A program made the position numbers and the translations under genes. A DNA stretch of 64,000 nucleotides from Chloroflexota bacterium (GTDB lineage: Bacteria; Chloroflexota; UBA11872; VXNJ01). The stretch spans positions 416,001 to 480,000 of the forward strand of contig OZ253449.1 in the NCBI GenBank assembly GCA_965261345.1, read 5' to 3'. Below the pieces are notes generated by a model, which had not been told where the DNA came from, searched no databases, and saw only the letters and a list, made by a program, of their open reading frames with translations. Numbering within the stretch: position 1 is the stretch's first letter; the number at the start of each line of letters is the position of its first letter. Below are positions 1-9,748 of the stretch, piece by piece.

Positions 1-104
1 CTCGAGAGTTGGGCCAAGAGCGGGGCCGCCGCCCGCGCCGATCGGGCGCAGGCTAACAATTCCGGGTCGGGGCCGGACACGGCGTCGGTGTTGGGCGCTG
101 GCAT
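1..104 (-). CDS. proA: Gamma-glutamyl phosphate reductase, N-terminus only (runs off window edge)
   Basis: Hand translation from ATG at 104: MPAPNTDAVSGPDPELLACARSARAAAPLLAQLS, open to the edge. It resembles the ProA N-terminal helix and lies directly downstream of proB. In-frame GTG (116) and TTG (128) are alternative starts. Confidence 0.7.
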   Translation of the reverse strand, partial: MPAPNTDAVSGPDPELLACARSARAAAPLLAQLS

Positions 105-141
105 TTGGTCGATCACGGGAGTTGACAAGTCGCGGGGTTAA

Positions 142-165
142 CGCAACCGGGCGCGCCCGGTTGCG
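142..165. repeat. Perfect 24-bp palindrome in the proB-proA spacer
   Basis: CGCAACCGGGCGCGCCCGGTTGCG is its own reverse complement. Confidence 0.9.
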
Positions 166-187
166 GAGGCGTCAACGAATTTTCCAC

Positions 188-1279
188 CTACAGGATCACC
201 ATGTTGTTGCGGTGAACGACCTCGGCCCCATATTCATAACCGAGCAGATCGCGGATCCGGTTGGAATCGGCACCGGCGATCTTGCAGACATCGGACCGCC
301 CATAGGACGGCAGGCCGCGGGCGACCTCGGTACCGTCGGGGCCCTTGACGCTGACCAGATCACCGCGCTCGAAATCGCCACGCGCCGAGACCACCCCGGC
401 CGGCAGCAGGCTGCCGCTTTTTTCGCGCAGCGCCCTGACTGCGCCGCTGTCGACCTCGATGTCACCAGCCAGGCCGAAGTCAGCCAGCATCCAGCGGCGG
501 CGCGAACCGGTTCGGCGTGCCTTGGCCGGGAAGCGGGTTCCGATCCGCTCGCCCGCGGCCAGCCGCACGATTACCTCTGGTTCTCTGCCCGAGGCGATTA
601 CCGTTTCCGCGCCATGCGATTGCGCCAGCTTGGCAGCATCCAGTTTCGATCGCATGCCGCCGACCGAATAGGGCCCGCTTGAGGCGCCGGCCGCCCGGTA
701 CAGCTCGGGGTCCAAATCGGAGATTTCGGGGACTACCTGCATCTGCCCGTCCGATTTCCGTGCCAGAAACCCCTCCACATCAGTGAGGATGAACAGCAGG
801 TCGGCATCGATCAGGTTGGCCGCAAGGGCCGAGAGGCGATCATTGTCGCCAAATTGAAGCTCCTCGGTGGCCACCACATCGTTTTCGTTCACGATCGGCA
901 AAACCCCCATTCCCAGAAGGGTAAGGCAGGTGTTGCGGGCGTTGAGATAGCCCGATCGGCGTTCCAGGTCGGATCGCGAGAGGAGCGCTTGGGCAACCAG
1001 GCGGTCAAAGCGCGCCATCTCCGTTCGATAGGTGGCAATTAGTGGACCCTGCCCAATGGCCGCCAGGACCTGACGCTCCAGGGTGCCGGTACCAATCTCC
1101 AACGACCGGCCGACAATTCCGGCGCCGGTGGCCACCGCCCCGCTGGATACCAGCAGTGGCTGATGGCCCAGTTCATAGAGCGCGGCAATCTGGGTGCAGA
1201 TATTGGCGACGAAATCCACGCTGAAGCCGTTGTCGGGGCCGGTCAGCAGCGACGATCCGCATTTGATGACTATGCGCAT
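188..1279 (-). CDS. proB: Glutamate 5-kinase with C-terminal PUA domain
   Basis: IVIKCGSSLL, VSSGAVA, PIVNENDVV, FGDNDRLSA, GGMRSKL, SLLPAGV and VVHRNNM motifs. Start moved to ATG 1279 (MRIVIK). Confidence 0.96.
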   Translation of the reverse strand: MRIVIKCGSSLLTGPDNGFSVDFVANICTQIAALYELGHQPLLVSSGAVATGAGIVGRSLEIGTGTLERQVLAAIGQGPLIATYRTEMARFDRLVAQALLSRSDLERRSGYLNARNTCLTLLGMGVLPIVNENDVVATEELQFGDNDRLSALAANLIDADLLFILTDVEGFLARKSDGQMQVVPEISDLDPELYRAAGASSGPYSVGGMRSKLDAAKLAQSHGAETVIASGREPEVIVRLAAGERIGTRFPAKARRTGSRRRWMLADFGLAGDIEVDSGAVRALREKSGSLLPAGVVSARGDFERGDLVSVKGPDGTEVARGLPSYGRSDVCKIAGADSNRIRDLLGYEYGAEVVHRNNMVIL

Positions 1280-1499
1280 GGGGACTGGAATCTTATTCGG
1301 GCCCGGGGCCCGGCGGCGCCGTAACCGGCGTCGATTGAATGGGCGGAGTATCCGCATCACTCCGATTTTCCCAAGCGCGGACAAATTAGTGAATTTGCCG
1401 CCGATGCAGATTCGTGGTGGCCAAAATGTAACAAGTGGAAATTACGATGGGAACTCCGCAGCCAACGGCCATTTACCCAAACATTGGTGGGTGGAAGCA

Positions 1500-3512
1500 A
1501 TGAAACAGTACGCCTCAGCGCAAATCCGCAACGTCGTGTTGCTTTCCCAGAAGGGCAACGGCAAGACCACGCTGACCGAAGCGGCACTGTTTGGCAGCGG
1601 GGCGACCTCCCGCATGGGGCGGGTCGAGGACGGCAACACACAGTCCGATTCGCAGTCCGAGGAAATCGCGCGTCAGACCTCCACCGGACTGGCGGTGCTC
1701 GCATGTGAGTGGGGCGACGTCAAGATCAACCTGATCGATGTGCCCGGCGACCCGGAATTCGGCGGTGAAATCGCCTCCGGAGTCTGGGCCGCCGATTGCG
1801 CGGTGATCGTGGTCGATGCCACCGCCGGAATCGAAGTCGGTACCGAACTGGCCTGGCAATATGCGACCCGGGCCAATTTGCCGGTGATTTTTGTGGCCAA
1901 CCGGCTAGATCGCGAAAACATCGATTTTGCGGCCTTGGTCGCCGACCTGCAATCGGCCTTCGGGCCGGTGACTCCGCTTCAGCATCCCTACGGTTTGGGT
2001 GGTAATTTCAGCGGGGTCGTCGACTTGCTCTCAGGGAACGGTTACCGTTTCGGGAAAAATCAATCGCTGGACGAAGCGGCCCCCGAGGACCCGAATATTG
2101 GCGCGGCGCGGTCGGACCTGATTGAGGTCATTGCCTCGCAGAGCGAGGAGCTCATTGAGTTGTTTCTGCTTGACGAGCCGATTGGGCCGGACGACCTGTC
2201 CGCCACCCTGGCCGCCGCGGTTTCAGCTCGCGAACTCTTTCCACTGGTCTGCACCTCAGCGGTAAACAACCAGGGTGTTGATCTGATGCTGTCGCTGCTA
2301 GTGCGTCTCGCCCCGGCGCCCGGTGGGCGCGGCCCCGGCGAGCACGACAGTGCGGTGGCGTTCAAGACGATCGTCGACCCGCAGCTGGGGCACCTGACCT
2401 ATCTGCGAATCTGCTCTGGCAGTCTGCGCCCGGGCGCTAGCCTGCACAACGTATCGCGCGGCGGCGAGGAGCGGATCGGCCACCTTTTCGTTCCGGTGGG
2501 TCGCGAACAGAGCGAGGTCTCTCAGTCCGACGTCGGTGACCTCCTGCGGATCGCCAAACTCTCCGGCACTCAAACCGGCGACACCCTCCACGCAGAACGC
2601 GGCGCCGAAGCCCTGGCGGGCCCGCGGATGCCGGCCCCCAATATGGCGCTGGCGGTTAGCCCGGAGACGAAATCCGATGTCGACAAGCTGTCTACCGCCC
2701 TGCACCGGCTCACCGAGCAGGATCCCTCGTTGCAGGTGACCCGACAAGTCGAAACCGGCCAGACCCTGCTCTGGGGGCTGGGGGACTCCCATCTAAATAT
2801 CGCCGTCGATGTCATTCAGTCCAAATTTGGCGCCAAAGTTGCGACCGAAACCCCCAAGGTCCCCTATCGCGAGACTATCCGCCGGGCACGTGAGGCCCAC
2901 GGGCGCTACAAGCGCCAATCGGGCGGGCACGGCCAGTTTGGCGACGTGACGATCATTCTCGAACCGCTCCCCCTGACCGAAGGCGAATTCGAATTCGTGA
3001 GCAAAATCGTTGGCGGGGCAATTTCGCGCAGTTACATTCCGGCGGTCGAAAAGGGGGTCGTGGCGGCAATGTCGGAGGGAATCCGCGCTAATTACCCGGT
3101 GGTCGGGTGCCGAGTGCGATTGACCGACGGCAAGCAACACCCGGTCGACAGCTCCGACCAGGCCTTCCAGCTGGCCGGCGCAGCGGCCTTCCGCAATGCG
3201 GCCGAGGGCGCGATGCCCACGCTGCTGGAGCCCATCCACGAATTACGTATCACGGTCCCCGACAGTTTCACCGGGGCCATCATCGGCGATTTAAATTCCA
3301 AGCGCGGACAGATTGTTGGAACCGACCAGGGCGAACAATCGCAATCGATCATCATCGCCGAGGCCCCACTCGGGGAAACCCAGCGCTACGCGGTGGACCT
3401 GAAACAGATCACCCAGGGCCGGGGCAGCTACACCAGCAAATTCCTACGCTACCAGGAGATGCCCCAGCACCTCCAACAGGCCGTCATCGAATCGGCTGCC
3501 GGCCAGAAATAG
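1500..3512 (+). CDS. Elongation factor G-like protein (EF-G2 type) with degenerate GTPase motifs
   Basis: EF-G domain order: PKVPYRETI, KRQSGGHGQFGDV, HPVDSSD, LLEPI, TQGRG. G motifs read SQKGNGKT, DVPGD and NRLD. Start moved to ATG 1500. Confidence 0.93.
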   Translation: MKQYASAQIRNVVLLSQKGNGKTTLTEAALFGSGATSRMGRVEDGNTQSDSQSEEIARQTSTGLAVLACEWGDVKINLIDVPGDPEFGGEIASGVWAADCAVIVVDATAGIEVGTELAWQYATRANLPVIFVANRLDRENIDFAALVADLQSAFGPVTPLQHPYGLGGNFSGVVDLLSGNGYRFGKNQSLDEAAPEDPNIGAARSDLIEVIASQSEELIELFLLDEPIGPDDLSATLAAAVSARELFPLVCTSAVNNQGVDLMLSLLVRLAPAPGGRGPGEHDSAVAFKTIVDPQLGHLTYLRICSGSLRPGASLHNVSRGGEERIGHLFVPVGREQSEVSQSDVGDLLRIAKLSGTQTGDTLHAERGAEALAGPRMPAPNMALAVSPETKSDVDKLSTALHRLTEQDPSLQVTRQVETGQTLLWGLGDSHLNIAVDVIQSKFGAKVATETPKVPYRETIRRAREAHGRYKRQSGGHGQFGDVTIILEPLPLTEGEFEFVSKIVGGAISRSYIPAVEKGVVAAMSEGIRANYPVVGCRVRLTDGKQHPVDSSDQAFQLAGAAAFRNAAEGAMPTLLEPIHELRITVPDSFTGAIIGDLNSKRGQIVGTDQGEQSQSIIIAEAPLGETQRYAVDLKQITQGRGSYTSKFLRYQEMPQHLQQAVIESAAGQK

Positions 3513-3556
3513 CCGGCCAGATCGGGGCGCGGGCGCCGGGAACCGGCCGAGCGCAA

Positions 3557-4717
3557 TCAGCGTACGCCCAGGACCACCTCGACCGCGAGCTGATCTAGCC
3601 GTTCGTATCCGTATCCGCGCCGGGCCATCGCCGCCAGGTCAAATTGCGCCTGCTTGACCGCGGCCCCGCGACCCGGGCTGTAGCCGTCGGCGATCTGGTC
3701 CCATTCGTCTGACTGCTCGCGCAAGCCGGCAATGATCTCGCAGATTTCCGGATCGGCGTTGAAGCGCTTCACCTTATCTTTCAGGATCAGGTAGGTGCGC
3801 ATGCAGCCGGCGGCAAAATCCCAGACGCCTTCCTCGTCCTCGGTGCGGTAGGCATGGGCGTCAAAGTGGCGCATTCCGTCCCAACCCGAATCTTCGAGCA
3901 GTTTGACCAAGAAGAAATTGGATTTGAGCTGGACCGATCCGAAGCGAAAATCTTGGTCGTAGCGCCCCATTTCCTGATCATTTAGATCAATGTGGAACAG
4001 CTTGCCGGCATCAAGGGCCTGAGCAACCGCGTGCGGAAAACTCAGCCCGGCCATCGTTTCATGGGCGACTTCAGGATTTACGCCGACCATTTCGGGGTGG
4101 TCTAGGGTAGCTATGAACCCGAGCATCGATCCCACGGTGGGCAAGAATAAGTGCCCGCGCGGCTCGTTGGGCTTGGGCTCGAGCGCGAACTGCATCTCGT
4201 AGCCTGAATCGCGACAGTATTCACAGAGAAAGTTGATGGCCTCGCGGAAGCGGGCGAAGCCGGCCGTCAGGTCCTTGGCGGCATCGGCCTCGGTGCCCTC
4301 GCGGCCGCCCCAGAACACGTAGGTGCTCGCCCCCAGCTCGGCGCCTAAATCAATCGCGAGCATCGTTTTCTGCAGGGCGAATCGACGAACCGACGGATCG
4401 TTGGCGGTAAACGCCCCTTCTTTAAAAACCGGGTGCGTAAAGAGGTTGGTGGTGGCCATAGGCACCTTCAGGCGGTTGTCGTCAAGCGCCTGCTTGAACG
4501 AACCTACGATCCGGTCGCGCTCGGCCGGCGATGCGTCAAACGGGACCAGGTCGTTGTCGTGCAGGTTGACCCCGTAGGCGCCTAATTCGGCAAGTTTTGC
4601 GACCGTCCGCTCGGGCGCAATGGGGGCTCGTACCGGGTCGCCGAACGGATCGCGCCCGATATTGCCAACGGTCCAGAGACCAAACGTGAACTTGTCAGCC
4701 GGAGTCGGTTCGTACAC
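3557..4717 (-). CDS. xylA: Xylose isomerase (short Streptomyces/Thermus-like class)
   Basis: [49 protein letters not shown] and HFD motifs. GTG start at 4717 behind AAAGG. Confidence 0.96.
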   Translation of the reverse strand: MYEPTPADKFTFGLWTVGNIGRDPFGDPVRAPIAPERTVAKLAELGAYGVNLHDNDLVPFDASPAERDRIVGSFKQALDDNRLKVPMATTNLFTHPVFKEGAFTANDPSVRRFALQKTMLAIDLGAELGASTYVFWGGREGTEADAAKDLTAGFARFREAINFLCEYCRDSGYEMQFALEPKPNEPRGHLFLPTVGSMLGFIATLDHPEMVGVNPEVAHETMAGLSFPHAVAQALDAGKLFHIDLNDQEMGRYDQDFRFGSVQLKSNFFLVKLLEDSGWDGMRHFDAHAYRTEDEEGVWDFAAGCMRTYLILKDKVKRFNADPEICEIIAGLREQSDEWDQIADGYSPGRGAAVKQAQFDLAAMARRGYGYERLDQLAVEVVLGVR

Positions 4718-4819
4718 GATATGGCAACCTTTTTTAGATGAAAAACAGCCAGCCCAACCCGGCGGTGGGTTAGCCACGGGTACCGCTTGGGGCCCAAGTC
4801 TATTGCTCCCGTCACCGAA

Positions 4820-4846
4820 TTGACCCAAGATATGGATCACTAGAAT
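4820..4846 (+). promoter_or_regulatory. Candidate sigma70-type promoter for acs
   Basis: TTGACC-N15-TAGAAT about 60 nt upstream of the acs ATG. The spacer is shorter than canonical. Confidence 0.35.
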
Positions 4847-4905
4847 TGAGGTTGCTTGAGCCCCTAACTGGCCCTGGCATTCCTAGCCGCCGGCAGCTAA
4901 GTGCA

Positions 4906-6885
4906 ATGACTGAAAACGCGACCGAAGTATTTCCTCCCGACCCGGCCTATTCAGCATCCGCACAGGTTGCATCGATGGAGCAATACCGCGATCTGCACCG
5001 AGCCAGCTTGAGCGACCCGGAGGCTTTCTGGCGCGCCCAGACCGACGCCTTCATCTGGGACAAGCCATGGACTAAGTTGCTCGGATGGAACCCTCCGTTT
5101 GCCCGCTGGTTCTCCGATGGCGAGCTCAATATCACCGTCAATCTGCTTGATCGGCATGTCGCGGCCGGGCGCGGTGATCAGGTCGCCTATCACTGGATGG
5201 GCGAACCCGGTGACACTCGGGACGTAAGTTACGCCGAGCTGCTCAGCGAAGTCTGCCGCCTGGCCAACGCACTTACCGGACAGGGCCTGGTCGCTGGCGA
5301 CCGGGTGATCATCTACATGCCAATGGTTCCCGAACTGGCCACCGCCATGCTGGCCTGCGCCCGCCTGGGACTGGTGCACAGCGTCATATTCGGCGGGTTT
5401 TCAGCCGATGCGATCCGCGACCGGGTCCAGGATGCCGGGGCGCGGGCGGTAATTACCGCCGACGGTGGTTGGCGCCGCGGCAAGGTGATCGCACTCAAGG
5501 ACAATGTCGATTCAGCCCTCGCCCGCGGCGTCTGCCCGACGGTCGAGTCGGTCATAGTGCTGGAGCGCTGCCGGAACAAGATCGCCATGGAGGGCGGGCG
5601 CGATCGCTGGTGGCACGAGCTAATTGCGGAGCAGAGTGAACATTGCACGCCGGTAAGCGTAAACGCCGAGCACCCGCTGTTCATCCTCTATACCTCCGGG
5701 ACCACCGGTAAGCCGAAGGGCGTGGTGCACTCCTGCGGCGGCTACATGGTCTACACCGCGATGACCGCCCGGCTGGCGTTTGACCTAAAGCCCGACGACG
5801 TCTACTGGTGCACCGCCGACATCGGTTGGATCACCGGCCACAGCTATATCGTCTATGGGATTTTGGCCAACGGAACAACTTCGGTAATGTACGAAGGTGC
5901 TCCTGACTATCCGACCTTCGGCCGGTTCTGGCAGATCGTTGAACGCTACCGGGTGAGCGTCTTTTACACGGCCCCGACCGCGATCCGGGCGTTCATCAAG
6001 TGGGGCGACCAATGGCCGGCCGGTTCCGACCTGTCCAGCCTGCGGGTTATCGGCACCGTCGGCGAGCCGATCAATCCCGACGTCTGGCTCTGGTACCGGC
6101 GCCATATCGGGGCCGATAGCTGCCCGGTGGTCGACACGTGGTGGCAGACAGAGACCGGCGGATTCATGATCGCTCCCCTATCCGGCGCCACCCCGACCAA
6201 ACCGGGATCGGCCACGCTGCCGATGCTGGGAGTCGACGCCGAGGTGCTAGCCGACGACGGGACAGTGGCCGCGGCCGACCAGCGCGGTTTGCTGGTGATC
6301 CGGCGCCCCTGGCCGGGAATCATGCGCGGCATCTATGCCGACGGTTGGGGCCAGACCGGCCACCCAGGTCAGAACGGCGACCTCGACCGGTTCCGCAGCA
6401 CTTACTTTGAGCGCTTTCCGGGCACTTACTTTACCAGCGACGCGGCCACCCGTGACCGCGACGGATATTTCTGGATCATCGGCCGGGTCGACGACGTGCT
6501 CAACGTTTCCGGGCACCGGATTGGCACCGCCGAGATCGAGAGCGCGCTGGTGAGTCATCCGCTGGTCGCCGAATCAGCAGTCGTGGGTATTCCCGATGAA
6601 CTAACCGGCGAGGCGGTCGCCGCGTTCGTAACCCTGCTAGCTGACGTTTCAGGCAGCAGTGAACTGGCGGGCGAATTGCGATCGCACGTGGCAACGACCA
6701 TCGGCGCTTTCACCCGACCCAAGACCCTCCGCTTCGCACCGGCCTTGCCTAAGACCCGCAGTGGCAAGATCATGCGGCGCCTGCTGCGCGAAATCGCCGC
6801 CACCGGCTCAGTCGCCGGGGACATTACCACCCTCGAGGACGCCAGCGTAGTGCGGTCCCTGCTCGATTCGCCCGACGCCGATTAG
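4906..6885 (+). CDS. acs: Acetyl-CoA synthetase (AMP-forming)
   Basis: LFILYTSGTTGKPKG, CTADIGWITGHSY, DTWWQTETG, GRVDDV and PKTRSGKIMRR motifs. Start moved to ATG 4906. Confidence 0.96.
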   Translation: MTENATEVFPPDPAYSASAQVASMEQYRDLHRASLSDPEAFWRAQTDAFIWDKPWTKLLGWNPPFARWFSDGELNITVNLLDRHVAAGRGDQVAYHWMGEPGDTRDVSYAELLSEVCRLANALTGQGLVAGDRVIIYMPMVPELATAMLACARLGLVHSVIFGGFSADAIRDRVQDAGARAVITADGGWRRGKVIALKDNVDSALARGVCPTVESVIVLERCRNKIAMEGGRDRWWHELIAEQSEHCTPVSVNAEHPLFILYTSGTTGKPKGVVHSCGGYMVYTAMTARLAFDLKPDDVYWCTADIGWITGHSYIVYGILANGTTSVMYEGAPDYPTFGRFWQIVERYRVSVFYTAPTAIRAFIKWGDQWPAGSDLSSLRVIGTVGEPINPDVWLWYRRHIGADSCPVVDTWWQTETGGFMIAPLSGATPTKPGSATLPMLGVDAEVLADDGTVAAADQRGLLVIRRPWPGIMRGIYADGWGQTGHPGQNGDLDRFRSTYFERFPGTYFTSDAATRDRDGYFWIIGRVDDVLNVSGHRIGTAEIESALVSHPLVAESAVVGIPDELTGEAVAAFVTLLADVSGSSELAGELRSHVATTIGAFTRPKTLRFAPALPKTRSGKIMRRLLREIAATGSVAGDITTLEDASVVRSLLDSPDAD

Positions 6886-6896
6886 ACCGCCCGTGC

Positions 6897-8036
6897 TTAC
6901 CAGTTGGTAACCGCTCCGTCGGGCCGTCGGTATTCGGTTGAAAACGACATCTTAAATGGGTGGTCTCGGGCCGCCGCCAGGTCGATCGTCAGGCCCAGAC
7001 CAGGGCCTTCAGGCGGGGTCAGGTATCCGTCCTCAAAGCCAACCTGGGTTGGAAATACCGCAGGCATATCACCCGGCAGGCGCGGCATTTCCTGGACGCC
7101 CACCAGTGGGCTGGCGATGCACAGGTGCACACATGCGGCAGTTGAAACCGGCCCGAGCGGATTGTGCGGAGCCAGGTACTGGTAGTGGGCCTCGGCCCAG
7201 CCGGCGATTTTTCGTGCCTCGCTGAACCCGCCAACGATACAGAGGTCAACCCGCACGTAGTCGATCAGATCGCGTTCGATCAGCGGCTTAAATTCCCACT
7301 TGGTGGACAGTTCCTCGCCGCCGGCGATCGGGATGTTGGTGTGCGAACGCACCTGGGCGTAGGCGTCGGCATTTTCCGACCGTGCGGGATCCTCGATGAA
7401 GTACGGGTCTAGATCGGCCAGGCGGTCGGCCAGGCGAATCGAGTCATGCGGATCCAGACGGGTGTGGAAATCGACACACAGCTCGATGTCAGGGCCGACC
7501 GCGTCCCTTACCGCCTCGGCCCAACCCCGAGTTTGGCGCACCACGTGGCGCGGTTCGAAAATGCCATTGGCCGCATCGGTGGTTGAAATCCGCACGAATT
7601 TGTAACCCTGATCAACCGCGCGCCGGGCATCGTCGGCCACCGCCTGTTCGGTGTCGCCATTTACATGGGCGTAGGCGACCACCTTTTGCCGACATTGCCC
7701 GCCCAGCAATTGATATACCGGCACGTCCAGGGCCTTGCCCAATATGTCCCACAGGGCAATGTCGATTGCCGAAATTGCGGCGGTCGCAATCTGGCCACCC
7801 TTGAAGAACCCGCCACGATAGAGCCGCTGCCAGATGTGTTCGATCCGCATCGGATCCTGGCCGAGCAGGAGCGCGCGATAGTGTTCAACGCAGCCGGCAA
7901 TTGCCAATTCCTTGCCGGTTATTCCCGATTCACCGATCCCGCTTATTCCGGCATCGGTTTCCACCAGCACGAAATTGAGATTGCGTCCACGTTCCGGGTA
8001 GTAGACTGCGACCGTTTTGATGTCGGTAATTTGCAT
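6897..8036 (-). CDS. Mandelate racemase/enolase-superfamily acid-sugar dehydratase
   Basis: AISAIDIALWDILGKALDVPVYQLLGG, KFVR, DFH, IEDP, GEE and APHNP motifs. Start moved to ATG 8036. Confidence 0.9.
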   Translation of the reverse strand: MQITDIKTVAVYYPERGRNLNFVLVETDAGISGIGESGITGKELAIAGCVEHYRALLLGQDPMRIEHIWQRLYRGGFFKGGQIATAAISAIDIALWDILGKALDVPVYQLLGGQCRQKVVAYAHVNGDTEQAVADDARRAVDQGYKFVRISTTDAANGIFEPRHVVRQTRGWAEAVRDAVGPDIELCVDFHTRLDPHDSIRLADRLADLDPYFIEDPARSENADAYAQVRSHTNIPIAGGEELSTKWEFKPLIERDLIDYVRVDLCIVGGFSEARKIAGWAEAHYQYLAPHNPLGPVSTAACVHLCIASPLVGVQEMPRLPGDMPAVFPTQVGFEDGYLTPPEGPGLGLTIDLAAARDHPFKMSFSTEYRRPDGAVTNW

Positions 8037-8149
8037 AACTAAATACCCAAGCCCCGATAGGCGGCCCGCGCCGGCCATGTCAACCTATTATTCATGCGGC
8101 AGCGCATAGATCAGGGCATTCGGCGGTAGCTAGCAACAGAGCCAATTCG

Positions 8150-9748
8150 ATGTCCGGCCGGCGCCGGTTCCGCGACGTCGTCGCAGTCCGCCTCGGGCGG
8201 TCGATTGCGGTCGACGTGGCCGAAACCCCGACCCGGCGGCGGCGGCAGCCGCCGCAACTGACGCTGTTGCTCGGATTCCTTGGGATGACCCTGGTCACGA
8301 CCGCCCTGCTAGCCCTCCCACAGGCCGCCGCCAATGGTCGGGCGACCGCGTTTCACGACGCCCTGTTTACTGCGACCTCGGCTGTTGCCACCAGTGGCCT
8401 GGTGGTCGTCGACACCGGTTCGCACTGGAGCTCCTTCGGGCATGTCGCGATCCTGATTGCGATGCAGGCCGGCGGACTCGGGTTCATGGCGGCCACGATC
8501 ATCCTCTTCCAGGCCCTGGGGCGCCAGATCAGCCGGCACCACCGGCAGACCTTGCAGGAGCAGCTCTCGCTGCGCTTCTTTGGCGGGATTTCACGCACCG
8601 CGAAGGTGTTTGTTGCCTACACCCTTTTCTTTGAATTGGTCGGAATGGGGCTGCTGACCTGGCAATTTGCCAATTCGTCAGGACCGGGTTCGTCCGACCC
8701 GCTGTTTTATGGGCTCTTCCATTCGATCAGCGCCTTTACCGGCTCAGGATTTGACCTTATGGGGAACTTTCAATCGATGGCCAGTTTTGCGTCACAGCCG
8801 CTTTTTCTCTTGACGATGATGGCCCTGATAGTTCCCGGCGACCTGGGTTTTTTGGCGGTCATAGACCTGGCCCGTTCGGCCCGCTGGCCAAGGATGATCC
8901 TCTGGCAGTGGGAGCGAGCCCGGATCGGCGGCGGCAACCGGATGGCCCGGGCGGTCTGGCGTGGCGGAATCGCCTGGGATCGACTGCGGCGCGGATTCGG
9001 CCTTACCGTAAGCCGTCGGCCCTGGCCGCGACACCGCGACTCGCCTTCCGGGCCGGTCCGGCCCGGACAGATGAGGATGGAGACGAAGTTGATTTACGCG
9101 GTCAACCTGATCTGTTGGCCGGCGGCCGCGCTGGGCTTTCTGCTGCTCGAGTGGGGCAACCCTGACAGCCTGGGTTCGCTGCCGGTCATCGACCGGATCA
9201 CCGGCTCGTTCTTCCACGCCGTAACGTCGCGCAATGCCGGATTCTCGGCGGTCAACTTTTCCCAGTTGGGCGAACTGACGTTGATTTTTATGATCCCGTT
9301 CATGATCATCGGCGCCGCCTCAGCCTCGATGGGGGCGGGTTTGAAGGTAAACACCGTCGGGGTGTTATTTGCCACCGCCAAGTCGCGATTGCAAGGCCTG
9401 CGGCAGACCGAATTGTTCGGCCGTTCGATTCCCGCCGACCGCGTCTACGTGAGCGTAACCTTGGTCGCTATGTTCCTAGTGATGGAATTCCTGGGACTAT
9501 TGGTGATCCATAGCGCCTACCAGAACCCGCAGTTGATAAATTCGCTGTTCGACTCGGTTTCGGCAGTTAGCGACATCGGCCTGTCGACCGGTGTGCCGGC
9601 ACAGATGAGCGTACCCGGCAAGTTGTTCATGTGCGCGGCAATGTTCATCGCCCGGCTCGGTCCACTGACCGTCGTCCTGGCGCTGCTGCGTCCGCGGTCC
9701 GTCGACGTCGGGGTTCGCCTGCCCGCCGAATCGCTACGGGTCGGCTAG
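8150..9748 (+). CDS. TrkH/KtrB-family cation (K+) uptake membrane subunit, divergent
   Basis: Four pore-loop segments (SAVATSGL, SAFTGSGF, TSRNAGF, SAVSDIGL), QAGGLG, terminal RLGPLT and many hydrophobic helices. Confidence 0.88.
   Translation: MSGRRRFRDVVAVRLGRSIAVDVAETPTRRRRQPPQLTLLLGFLGMTLVTTALLALPQAAANGRATAFHDALFTATSAVATSGLVVVDTGSHWSSFGHVAILIAMQAGGLGFMAATIILFQALGRQISRHHRQTLQEQLSLRFFGGISRTAKVFVAYTLFFELVGMGLLTWQFANSSGPGSSDPLFYGLFHSISAFTGSGFDLMGNFQSMASFASQPLFLLTMMALIVPGDLGFLAVIDLARSARWPRMILWQWERARIGGGNRMARAVWRGGIAWDRLRRGFGLTVSRRPWPRHRDSPSGPVRPGQMRMETKLIYAVNLICWPAAALGFLLLEWGNPDSLGSLPVIDRITGSFFHAVTSRNAGFSAVNFSQLGELTLIFMIPFMIIGAASASMGAGLKVNTVGVLFATAKSRLQGLRQTELFGRSIPADRVYVSVTLVAMFLVMEFLGLLVIHSAYQNPQLINSLFDSVSAVSDIGLSTGVPAQMSVPGKLFMCAAMFIARLGPLTVVLALLRPRSVDVGVRLPAESLRVG

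Noticed and set aside
1194-1499. Long N-terminal extensions in the ORF track (EF-G2, proB, xylA, rplO, rplP, rplB, tuf, mtaB, HIT)
   Set aside because: They overlap neighbouring genes or spacers and precede the conserved N-termini. Downstream starts fit better.
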